This document shows, in pieces, positions 35,101 through 46,842 of a stretch of DNA of 64,000 nt. Location: the NCBI GenBank assembly GCA_964106915.2, contig OZ066916.1. The stretch is one strand, 5' to 3'. The notes under the pieces are model-generated. The model saw nothing but the letters and a program-made list of their open reading frames with translations, ran no database searches and had not been told where the DNA came from. The position numbers and the translations under genes are program-made. Numbering within the stretch: the stretch's first letter is position 1; every line of letters starts with the position of its first letter. The stretch comes from Podarcis gaigeae. Its lineage: Eukaryota.

Positions 35101-36429
35101 CCTGCTTTGAAATGCAAGCATTAAAATTCTTACAATGTTGAATGCATGTGACGTTCCTGTCTTGCTTGTAATTAAGTAGTTAAAACATTTCTTCTGTTGA
35201 TAGCTGTGCTTCCCGATATGGAGCACTTAGATTTACTGCCAGTTTAAAAATTCTGGATTGACAGCAATTGAAATTTAGATTTTGGTCATAAATGGAAATA
35301 TAATTTAGAGTGCAGCCACGTCCAAGTGTATCTGAAGGAAGCATCAGATAGCGGAACCGTTATTAACATGAAAATCTCTTTGAGCTTAAGTCTTTGACAT
35401 GCTTTGTCTAAAGTGTTTAGAGAACTGGACAAAAAAAGCTTGTTCTGCGGAGTGTAGGCAACTACTGGTTTGTACACTGAAACAACACACTAAATAGAAA
35501 GACCTGTGAAATTAATGACCACCTTCTCACTGGAAAAAAGTGTAAGAGGGGTGTCTTCCCATTTCTCTTCTTCTCTCCCCCCTCCACCTTTCCTGCCCAT
35601 TACAGAGTTTCATATTATCCAGATTGCTATGGTTCGTCTTGCTAAATGAGCTTTGTAGCACTAAGTTAATTTTCTGCCAGTATTGCTTCTGGCTGATGAC
35701 TGTGGGTGTTTGTATATCCATTAAGTATGCTGCCAGGATGCATCCACCATTTTCCACCTCTTCCATTAAATGGCTGTCAGCAGGTTTACAGAACTGCTCT
35801 CTTACTCTGCACTAATTGCAGAAAGGCTGGTGGATGTGATGAAAAAACAACCCACAAAAAAGGAGCAAGATCTTGTTCAGAGATCTCAAAAAGTAAATAG
35901 AAATGCCATCAGCAGTTAAATCAAATTTCACATATAGTCACAGTGTGATTAGCAGGATGATGATATAATTTCTTTTTAAATTCTTACTTTGCAGAGCAAA
36001 CCTATCTACTACCACAACTCCACATATCAAATAAAATATGTTCAGGCACACACAACTGAATATAGGTAGAGTTGTGGATAAGGCATGCCTATTAAAGTAG
36101 TGTACATTCCCTACTGGTTTTACAGTTGATTTCGAAATGGAAACCTGTTAAAATGGCATCAAATGTTATCTAGCTAAGATAAATGAACATGAAGAGAATG
36201 AATGGATTTTACTTATAAAATTCAGTATGTCAGAAACCGCCTGCTGGCAGGGAGTATCTAAGGAAAGACTGTATGAAGCATGCAGACTTTGGTTTTAGGC
36301 TTCAAGCCTAAACAATAATAAAATAATTCACACATGGAGTTTTGTGTTTGGTTACTTTGCCTGTTTGGCTTTTCAAGACCAGATATGTTTCAGTTTTGTA
36401 TATATTTAAAAATAAAAACATATCTTTTA

Positions 36430-36649
36430 CAGTGGTACCTTGGCAGGTCTGTTCTTAACCTGAAACTGTTCTTAACCTGAAGCACCACTTTAGCTAATGG
36501 GGCCTCCTGCTGGCACCGCGCCGCCGGAGCACAATTTCTGTTCTCATCCTGAAGCAAAGTTCTTAACCTGAAGTACTATTTCTGGGTTAGCGGAGTCTGT
36601 AACCTGAAGCGTATGCAACCTGAAGCATATGTAACCCGAGGTACCACTG
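36430..36649 (-). mobile_element. Tc1/mariner MITE, family A, reverse orientation, small internal deletion
   Basis: Reverse complement of the 13746-13970 body. TIRs CAGTGGTACCT...AGGTACCACTG, TA flanks. Confidence 0.9.
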
Positions 36650-38031
36650 TATATTGAATTTAAAAGTTATTAACATGGATCTGAAAGATGACAAGGTTTG
36701 TTTGCCTGTGGTTTTGTTTTGTTAAAACAAAAATAAATTCGTTTCCAAGCAAAAATTAATTAGCTTGCATCGTTTTTGCTCATTTCTGACTGGACTGGCT
36801 CTATCAATTATTGGAGGAATAATATGTTGCATTATTATAGGTAATCTATCAGAAAAAGCCATGTTTCTTTTTTAAAAAATGCAAAAGCCAATAAATCATG
36901 CTCCTGAAAGATGCCATTGCTGTTGGCAATTTGGAATCCACTCCCATATGTTAGACAATTGGACTTTCAGCCTCATAGATTGAGTGTTACCCAACCTGAG
37001 GTCCATATTTTCTTAGATTAGAACTGCTATCACCTCTGATTATTGACCAGGTTAGCAGGGATGATACTGAGAAACGTGATTCAGTTGGAAATCCACATGT
37101 GGCCATATATTTTACTAGGCTTTACTCTGAGTAATGAGTGTGGTTCCATTGCAGAGGAATCTGACAAACGTACATTGACTTAAGCCAAATCTTCTCCCAA
37201 AGCAGCTGTGCAGGGAATTGTATCTTTGCCTGAGCTACAACATAAGGGCAAGCCTAATTAGTCCTCAGAACCTTTGCCATGTCATAAAAGCATTATTCAG
37301 CTCTGAGAGATTTCACCAGTAAATGGATTTAGGCTATTTACATTTCCTGGGAAATATTTCCACCTTTCCCCACAAGGTACACCTCAGCCACCTTGCTGTG
37401 AGCTCGAGTTGGCCAGAGACCTCTTGTAACCTCCACTACCACTGTATGCTGGGAAACATATATTGATATGTCTGATTCAGAACTTGCGATAATTAGCACT
37501 CTGTGTCCTTTCCATCCATCACTGTCATCAAGGTAATCGCCCTGTGTGCTAGAGCTAATGTCCGCCAAGAAGCTTCTTTCTGGTAACTGGGCATCTCACA
37601 GATACTCAAACTACTCAGCTTTATGAATGCTCAGGAGGCTGTTCCACACTTCCTTCTCTGCCCTGTGGATGCCTGCGTGACCAGATCTTTCTTCAACTCA
37701 CCCACAACCCTTCTCCTTGCCTCATCTCCCCCATCTTTTTGCCTCTCAAACCATGCTTGTTGTTTTCTTCAGGTTTACTTGGAACCCTTGAGGGAAGCGC
37801 AAGGCAGCGTTTTCCCATAAGGAAAGCCTTTTCTGGTATTTTGGGGAACTTCATCAGAAATATCTTTAGGAGCCCTAGGTGGGAACTGGACTTGGGATGG
37901 GGCTGTCTTATGAGCCACCTCACTTGAGCCTGTCAGGTACCTTTTTAGAAAACAAAGTCAGCTAGCTGTGTCTGCAAACTTCAAGGGGCTCGCCACATGC
38001 GTTTTGAATTGTTGCCAATCATCCACACTGG

Positions 38032-38187
38032 GGCTGCATGCACACTGTACATTTAAAGCACATTCTCTCTCTCCCCCCCCCCCCACCAAGGGAATGGTAG
38101 TTGATCCATCACAGAACTACAACTTTAGCACCCTTGTCAAATAATTGTTAGGGTGCAACTGCTTTAAATGTATGGTGTGTATGCAGT
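38032..38187. mobile_element. MITE with about 28-bp imperfect TIRs (possibly PIF/Harbinger-like)
   Basis: CTGCATGCACACTGTACATTTAAAGCA is inverted relative to TGCTTTAAATGTATGGTGTGTATGCAG. Confidence 0.7.
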
Positions 38188-38271
38188 GCTACCCCCAGTC
38201 CAGTGAAACTCAAACTGTCTCTCCTCTTTACTCTCTCTTCTCTAGGACAGGTAGATATTATAGCACATGGT

Positions 38272-38403
38272 TTAGGGAAGTCTTTAATGTTTGAAGTTTT
38301 ATTCTGTTTTTAGTGTTCTGTTGGGAGCTGCCCAGAGTGGCTTAGGAAACCCAGCCAGATGGGTGGGGTATAAATAATAAAATTATTTATTTTTATTATT
38401 ATT
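38272..38403 (+). mobile_element. L2-like LINE 3' end with an (ATT)n-like tail
   Basis: CCCAGAGTGGCTTAGGAAACCCAGCCAGATGGGTGGGGTATAAATAATAAA. Possible ATGGTT TSD. Confidence 0.75.
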
Positions 38404-39535
38404 ATGGTTCCTCTCTATCTCTATCTTCTTTCTCTAATCTCAGTCTTTCGTTCTGGTGGTGCTCATATCCTAGCCATTTGCGTTTGACCTTTAGGTTTCT
38501 GTTTCAAATTCCCTAGTTCTCTAGTGCCCACCTATACCCATGTAACGCAAATTCTCCTCTCTATGGCTGTTTCTATAATAGTAACTGCAGCAAACTCTGG
38601 GCTCCGCCATCAGCCCAGGGGACCAAGGGCCACTAGGAGGCTATACCCTTTGCCTCCAAGAAATAATGTCAAGACAAGGAGGAGACCAATCCAGACCCAA
38701 CCACTGAGCAGAGAAGGAGTTGAAGAGAGCTAGAACATTCTGTTTTCCCTGCCAGTTGCCCTGTGATTGCAAAAACCGAAAGAAAATGACACTGGTTCCA
38801 TCCATCAACTGAAAAATTAAGAGTCACCAATTACTGTTAATCTAGAACACAACAAGGGAAGATTAGCCCGGTGTGTACTTTATATGAATATTTGTAGCTC
38901 ATCGCTTTGTTTATGGCCTTGAAGAACTGATCTCCCTCCTTTGCCTTTTTCTACTACTCTCCTGTTGTGTGTCTTGTCTTTTTTTGTTTGTAAGCCTATT
39001 GGCACTCTCTCTCTCTCTCTTTATTGACCTTGAGAAAAAATACAGTTAAATAATACTAAATCTTATTTCTAAGCAATATATTGAACTATTTTTTTAAAAA
39101 AATTAAAGGCATTGTTGCTTGAACATAATATGAAATTGCAACCTCTTATAGAATAGTTGCCTTCATAGAAAAATAGTAGGAAAATGATCCTTCAAGGTCA
39201 GTTAAGAACTCCTTTGAGAGAGCAATTAATTTACCAATTCTAAAGTAATTTGAATCTGTGCTTTAAGTTAGTTTACCATACTCAAGTAGATGAATAATAG
39301 GTTAGATATTGCAGATCTATCATAATTCTGATATTTATCCATTAAACAAGACTATTCATTTCTGTTCTCTAAGGAAGTAGAATTCAATGACTGAAATATC
39401 AGGCATAATCAACAATAATGACTTGAACACCAAATGTATGAAGTGCATAGTAATGAAAGGTAGTTTGTTTAGAATTAAATATGGAAAAGTTCTATACTGT
39501 TGAATCTGATGTTTCAAAATTAGCAAATGCTAGTG

Positions 39536-39696
39536 TAGGCAATGACCGATTTACACACGTTCGATATGTGCGTGACTGCTCGTACGAACATCGCAGCAAC
39601 CCAGATGTGGCCAGAAAAGGGGGAAGAATGGGACGGAGTTGGCTTAGGCATGCTGTGACCCAGAACGCAACCCCAACACAAATCAGGGGTTGCCTG
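39536..39696. mobile_element. Probable Tc1/mariner-type MITE
   Basis: Degenerate TIRs AGGCAATGACCGATTT / AAATCAGGGGTTGCCTG, right side followed by TA. Locally CpG-rich. Confidence 0.5.
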
Positions 39697-39948
39697 TACA
39701 CAGCATATTTATAAAAACAAGCCTGCATCATATTTCTAAGTTTGCTTTATGACATGGCATGGATTTTAAGCTTCTGACTTCATTCAGATGGAAAATGTCT
39801 TAGGGATGGATCTAAATTGATTGAGCATAAGGACAAGAATATAACAGTCACCACTGATATTTCTGGTGTAAATGCTTAGGAATCAAAGAAAGAAATGAGC
39901 AATCAAATCAAATCTATGCCCTCAAGAGTATTTTTTTTGTACCTAAAG

Positions 39949-40015
39949 CAGGGGTCGGCAAACTTTTTCAGGAAGGGGCCGGTCCACTGTCCCTCAGACC
40001 TTGTGGGGGGCCGGA

Positions 40016-40052
<37 letters not shown>

Positions 40053-40162
40053 CGAATTCCTATGTCCCACAAAAACATGCTGATTCCTGGACCGTCCGCA
40101 GGCCGGACTTAAAAGGCAATCGGGCCAAATCCAGCCCCCAGACCTTACTTGGCCTACCCATG
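39949..40162. mobile_element. hAT (Charlie-like) non-autonomous element with internal (CT)n(AT)n
   Basis: Termini CAGGGGTCGGCAAACT...TTGGCCTACCCATG and a perfect 8-bp TSD ACCTAAAG (39941-39948 and 40163-40170). Confidence 0.85.
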
Positions 40163-42227
40163 ACCTAAAGCATATCTTGAAAATACCTGTCCAACCTTTT
40201 GCTTCGACTTCTTTAATAAATTTTCCTACTATTCAAAATTATTTCTTTTTAATCATAATATGATAGTTACCCACTCCCTGCCCCAGGTCACATCTCATGC
40301 CATTCAGGTTTCATGACTCTTGGGAGTGGCTTTTGAGGGGAGGAATGGCAGAGAGCTCCATTGTGCATGTTAAGCTTTGCTTCCATTTCTTTGGATCCAA
40401 GACAGTGGTTGGATTCTCCACTAAACCACCATGTCAGAAAGCAAATGGATCTCCCTGCTTGTTGTTTCTAATGTCATCTTTCTTGATCCCCAGCAACCAG
40501 CCTGCACATTTAATGCGGTTTACAGCACATGAAATCTCAATGGCTTCCTCATTATAGACTATTGCTTAGTTTTTTGGTTGCTTATTTTAGCTTCTCCAGT
40601 ATTTCATGCATGGCAAGGTACTTGCTGTGGTCAAATCCTATGGATGTTGAATTCCCCAAGGAATAGGTCTAGCTGAAATTAGGAAGCAGCACCGCTGAAT
40701 ATCTTCCTACATAATTACCTGAGTTCTAAGGCTGGTACCTTTTCAGAGAGCTAAATTGAGTTTTTATGGTTTCTATTCAAGGTAGAGGTATTTCTTAATT
40801 TCCTATTCATTTTTAGCAAATTGCTATCCTTTCAAATTGTTCCTTGTAGCATTGAGAAATCTAGGCCAGTAGGGTGTGCTTAAAATACAATCTCTGGAAA
40901 GACGTTATAGTACCGGTGTCTAAATACAGGTTCTCTCACTCTTCTTGCTGATTTCTTTTAATTGTTTATTGGTCTAAACCAATAAAGTGTTTTTAAAAAT
41001 GCAAACACCATTTCCTTATCTCTTAGTTTTTATAACTCATACAATATGAAAATAAGAGTAAGTATAGTTTTGCTTTTTCTAGTTGTTCTAGAATGTTTTA
41101 GGGTATTGAAAACTGTAGTTGGCTTTCTATTCATTTTATACGTACTGAGTCAGACCAGCTTTGAGCAGATTCAGTTAGCTGAGTGTACCCTTTTTGTCTC
41201 TTGGCACATAGGATGAGATTTGTTGTTTTATGTGGCTTCATACTGCTAAAACAAATTTTGGGCTGAATCTTAAATTGTTAATTTTATATTCCTGTTTTGA
41301 ATCCAGTACAAGCACACTTGAGAGTGTGACTAAACTTATCATGGTGGCTTTTATATAGCCTTGTTATCAACTTAAATCGCTGCAGGTAGGAGTCATGGGG
41401 CTTTATTTTTACTTAAAATGTAACACTGACATTTCTGAATTTACCAGCCATACCATATTTTAAAAGGTTAATCACCTTTTCTAATATAGGTTGGGGTTTT
41501 TTTTACTATAGTCATATTGTTCAGACGTTGACCCACTCTTGGTAAATTTAATCATTAGCACTTGGTTTAAGGCATAGCTGCAAAAAAATGCCTCATTAAA
41601 GATTTGAGCAGAGTCCATCAAGGGCACGTAAACCCTATTAAACTTGGCTTTGTTACCAACAGCTTTCTGGCTCTCTTGTTTCTTTGACAACTGGGCTTAC
41701 TTCTCTTTTGGGTCATTTGTATGGTTCTGCCTTGCTCGCTACCAGATGAGCAGTGTAACCTGCTGAACAGACCTTTCCCCTTTCACTGAGTGATGGTGCT
41801 TCATGTTAATGAAAAAAATTACCTTTGGATCTGTTAAACGGATCTGGAAGTAGCTGTCTCCATTTCAGTTAATATTCTAAACCTAAGGTAATACACATTT
41901 CAAATTGTCTGAATTTGAAATAAAATAGAACTTTTGAGGGAGAAATCAAAACACATGGGTTCAAATTCATATTTATATGATTAAGATAATGCCCACATCC
42001 AAGCATTGAAACATAGTTATAAGAACACACTGCGTTCACATATTGTAACAATCATAGTTTCTCATTATGTCTCAGCATAGGAAAACACTGATTGGAATCT
42101 TGTTCAGTATCTTTGTTAACAAGCTCATGGTGTTCTAAACTGAAGCTTTTATTCTCCTTCCCTTGAACATGGGGGAAGAGGAGAGGGGCTGTGCAAGTCC
42201 AAAGCTTGATGTGGTACATATCTAATT

Positions 42228-42320
42228 CACGGGTGGGTAACCTGTTGTCCTCAAGATGTTGGACTCTGAACACACTAGCTTCATCTAGCATGGACAAAGA
42301 TGATGGGAGTCCCCCAAGTT
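42228..42320. mobile_element. Partial palindromic hAT-type MITE
   Basis: GGGTGGGTAACCTGTTGTCCTCAAGATGTTGGACT...GATGATGGGAGT matches the family core. Confidence 0.5.
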
Positions 42321-44598
42321 TTAACTGCAGTAAAAACAGAGTATTCACTTAAAACATGACCCAAGATAATTTCATCATTTTTCAAAGCCATGAAATTGAT
42401 CTTTTATTCATATTTCAAGAGAAGGGTGTCTCCCCAGCATGACCGCTGTGTAATCTAGGATGGTTACTGCAAGTAGTGCCTATTCTCTACAAAGTGAAAC
42501 AAAGGCTATAGGATGAATGAATGCCATTTGCCTTATTTAAAGCAATTCATTACCTTACCTTAACATACAATGCTGTGGCAATCTACAGGTATCCAATTTC
42601 TACTGCTCCTTAAAGAACCAGTTCAGTGTAACAGATCAATGCTACTAGAGTAGAAAGTTTAAATGTGACCTTAAGGTCATATATTTGGTAATCTAACTGT
42701 GTAGCTTTGGCATTATCCCTTCTGTCATACTTGAACTTACTTCTTTAAGCTCCTTGAAGAACAAATCAAATGCAAATATTAAGAAATAAAGCACAGACCC
42801 TATTTACACCTTATTTCTGTGCATATTGTGTTATTTTGTGAGCATTTCCATTCTAGTTTGGGAAACCTTAAGCCATTGACCATAATATGAATATTTTTGT
42901 GAATGGAGATTAGTGCTAATTGCATGAAGTATAAAGCTGTCATGGTCAACACATTTTAATTATTTTGCTAATCAAAAAAGGCCCCACATCCAAATATACA
43001 GCAAGCCACCAACAGACCTCAAATACATCAGCATTGTCTTAATCAGAAGTTGCATTGGCATGGGGTTCCAATTGACTACAGTGATCTAGAGTTTTGTATA
43101 ACCTAAGATTCACAGAAGTAATGAAGTCATTTCAGTACTGCCACAACCAAGCAGCTATGGAGGAAATCATTTTACTGCTGCTTTGATGCCATTTTATATT
43201 ATGGTATTTGGGATAATGTTGGGATAATGTTGGTAGTGAGTGGTCTGTTCCTCCTCCACCTCCACCACCATATCCCTACCACCTACCACCACATCTGCTT
43301 AATTCAAAATATATATTATGCTCCATCTTGAAACTACCCGGCAGTTCTTTAAAAAAAATAATTGAAAAAACATTTTAATTCCAAACACCACTGATGGAAA
43401 ATTAGGCAATAATTAACCTTAATTGGGACTCCATGGGTTAGTCTAGAGAAATTAATTAAAAATAATAGACCAATGTTCTTAAATGCTAGGATTCTCCCTA
43501 GACATCTAAAAGGGCACCTAAGTGAGGACTGTGTAGATGCTAGCAGTGCTAGAGGCACTAATTGATAATGTCCTTTTATTTAAAAAAATGAAATCTTGCA
43601 TGCTCTTTTATTTGAAGTGGGCAAAGTAAATATGAAACATAATTAAATTTTGCATCCATTGGTTAGTAAGCCTACTTCAGAGATCTTTTGAGCTTTCACC
43701 AATATTGCACTAGGGGTTCTTTTAGCCTACTCAGTTTCTCAGTTGCCCCACACTGGCAACTTGTTGTTTCAGTATATTTAACAAGCTCTTATAATTTACC
43801 TGAATAGATTTTATTCTGTCTGCTAGAGTATTTCATTTCTTTTAATGAAGTAAGTAAAATTAGTTGTTTCTGTTCATTAGTAGTCTAGGTAGAAACATGT
43901 GTTCCTGATATCCTCAAGGAGAAATTGGAGAAAATCGGAATAGGTAAACCACCCTTGTATTTTAGCAAACAAAACAGTGACTCAAAGGTGTGTGTTTCAT
44001 CTCTTGTTTGGTCGGCCATGTCCCTCTAGGCATCTCCCGTGAACAAGCCCTGTTGAGTTTACCCATTTCTAAGTTATTTTTGTCACTTGGGTTTATTGGG
44101 CATCCAAAATTTATTTTGTTTTCCCAGTATTTATAAACCAGCAGAGATAAGAGACCAGTTATCGTTCATAAGAAAGGTAAGAGACACATTTAGAGGAGTT
44201 CATAAATTTACCTGGACTTGTAGTAGCCAGGAGCCTTCTACTTCAGTGCTGTCCTGTGCGCTTCATTAGGAAAAGACCTATTAATACTCTGAGACTTGCT
44301 GAGGAAAGAATTCAGTTCATACAACAAAATGGACTTGTCTTGAATGGGAAAAGATTGTGTGCTGTGCTACAAACATTTGCTTTCCTTTGCTACAATTTTT
44401 GCTGTTACTTATGAAATTGCTAGCCTTTATTAAAAGTAGCCGTTTACAAAATTATACAACTTGCCCGTAGAAAGCAAGATTAGAATAGCGCATACTGGGA
44501 GATGCTTATAAGTAGGTTATTTTCCTAATAATGCTGTATCTTAATAGCTGTCATAGAAATGTTCCATGCAGTATCTCATCTTGCGGGGTGTGCTATGC

Positions 44599-44795
44599 GG
44601 TAAAGGTAAAGGACCCCCGGACGGCTACCGTAAGTCCAGTCAGAGACGACTATGGGGTTGTGGCGCTCATCTCACTTTCAGGCCGAGGGGGCTGGCGTTT
44701 GTCCACAAACAGCTTTCTGGGTCATGTGACCAGCATGACTAAACCGCTTCTGGTGCAATCAAACACCGTGAAGGAAGCTAGAGCACACGGAAACA
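44599..44795 (-). mobile_element. 5'-truncated Sauria SINE (different subfamily from the copy at 4795)
   Basis: GGTAAAGGTAAAGG is the reverse of the (ACCTTT)n tail. Body GCGCTCATCTCACT...GGTCATGTGACCAGCATGAC...CACACGGAAAC is homologous to 4795-5160. Confidence 0.85.
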
Positions 44796-46662
44796 CTGTG
44801 CTGTAAAATTAACAGACTATAGAGCAGACGTAAGGAAAATGGGATTGTTAAGGCTGACTCTCTGCTGTATAGGATGCAGCAGAAAGAAGTGTAATGAAAT
44901 GCTTCTTCATTGCATAATTTGTACCTTTCGTGTTAAAATTCCTAAAAGAAATAACAAACCGGAATAAATTAATTTTGTGCTGGGGCATGTATCTTTATCC
45001 AGTTTTAAAAGAAATAGTATCAGGTCCTCATTTGGTTCTTCCCTTGTTCTACCTTAAGCTGTTCCTGTTGAGCTTAATATAGTATAAAACAGCATTTTAT
45101 TGAATTTAAGATCTTGCAGATCCTGAAGAGCAGGCTGTTTTGTTATCAACTTGGGCTTAATAAGCTCTAGTTAAAGGCATCATTTCATAATTTATTGCCA
45201 ATTCTTAGGATATAGGAGTGAAATAAAATTGAAGCATAGCTTGTGTTAACAGAAGAAACCAAAGGCAATCCTTAAAGTACACATGTGGAAATCAAGCTAA
45301 GAATAATTGACACTGGTATAAATCTGCATAGCAAATGTAAAGGATTTCACTGGGCTTAAAATGAGACATCGTATTTCCAGGCTTCATGTTGATGTTTTTT
45401 ATTTCCTCATTGAATATGGCTATAATGTAATATAAAAGTCAGAACTGGACTACTGGTGAAGTAGCCCATGATCCAGAGGAATACTTTGTGTACCTTCATT
45501 TTTCTAGGTTTTTTTCTTTCCAGGACTTGCCTTTACAGGATTCACCAAAGTTTTCTCTTAATTGCAAATGCAAACCATTCTCAGTTTTCGTTAGGGACTT
45601 AAACCTGAAATTTTGAAAATAAATGGAGTTCATTAGAATTGGTCCAGTATCAGCACAGATGAAGCTGAACATATGATGGGTTTTAAAAACATGCATAATT
45701 ACAGATCTAAGTTGTTTCCTGGTTGATATCACAAATAGACAAGTTTGCAAAATCCTTTATTGGCATTTAATAAATGCTGTGGTGAAGGTCATGCACAAGA
45801 GGATAAAATTATGCAATATTTACATTGGCCAGTTGCTTTTTCTAAATAAGGATAATAAGGCTTTAGCTGCCATGCTAATCAGACACCTTAGAAAGAGGTG
45901 ATGGCTTGATGGAAGTCACCAATCAGTTGATCACATAGTGTTAGTAGGTAGAAAGAACTGATATTGATGTTTTGTCTTATAAAGAGAGCCTTTGCAAAAA
46001 ATAAATGGTTATTTGTTACATACCTTGGTTAAATTCAGTATTCATTTGCAGTTCACAAACAGTATTCGCATGACACTAATCTGAGAACCAAGTTAGTTAA
46101 TGACCTAGCCTCGTTTTAGGAGGCAACAAGTAATTTTGCCTAGTTTCCTCATTAATTGCATTGTGCATAGAAACTCTCACAACTAATGCCAACTAGACAG
46201 GATGTTTGTCACATAATTTGCCTTTACCTGGTTTCTTCTCTAATTAATTGCTGGTGGGAGAAGCTTCCCAAGAATTGTGGCATGGCAAGGGAGTTAAACC
46301 CTTTTCTCTAGAACAAATTTTTGAAGGGCTTTGGGTGTGTGTGTGTGGAGGAAATCAGCAAAAATCTCCCCACTTCTGTTAGTAGCTCCAGTCCACTGGA
46401 GCCAAAGCACTAGTTGGATTCTGCTCTAAATGTGTATCTTGCCATTCCGCTGGAACAGCACTCGGTGATTATACCAAGTTCAGTAATAATGTATTGGTGC
46501 ACTGAAGGTAAGTTTAATATCTTAGGGCTTAGACTAATAGGATTAAATCACAGTTTATAGAGATGATTATATTGTAAAATACAACATATTGTATGTGCCC
46601 CATTGGACAGAAACATGCTTTGTAGTCAATAATCCCATCTCCCCAATTTTGTGTCTTGTTAG

Positions 46663-46842
46663 ATTTTCAAAAGAAGCAACCAGATGATGAGTCCACTCCC
46701 AGCACAAGCAACAGCCAATCAGATTTGTTCTCTGGAGAAACAAATAGTGACAACAGTAATACCTCCCTATCTCCGCAGACTGTTAACTCCAACCAGCAAC
46801 TTTCGACAGAACTGAATGTAACTTCACCGAGTAAAGAAAAAT
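46663..46842 (+). CDS. ZFAND3: ZFAND3 coding exon 3 (180 nt): (D)FQKKQPDDESTPSTSNSQSDLFSGETNSDNSNTSLSPQTVNSNQQLSTELNVTSPSKEK(C), Ser/Thr-rich linker
   Basis: TTGTTAG acceptor, T|GTAAGT donor. Peptide closely resembles recalled ZFAND3 DFQKKQPDDDSAPSTSNSQSDLFSEE...TELNVTSPSKEEC. Phase 1-1. Confidence 0.97.

Larger units (their letters stand above)
3851..46662 (+). other. ZFAND3: ZFAND3 intron 2 (GT-AG, 42,812 bp including an N gap)
   Basis: Bounded by the exon 2 donor and exon 3 acceptor, phase 1. Confidence 0.9.

Noticed and set aside
37773-37936. Cryptic 164-nt exon (TTTTCTTCAG ... CAG|GTACCT)
   Set aside because: It is frame-shifting, has a weak donor and shows no protein similarity. Such pseudo-exons are expected by chance in a 43-kb intron.
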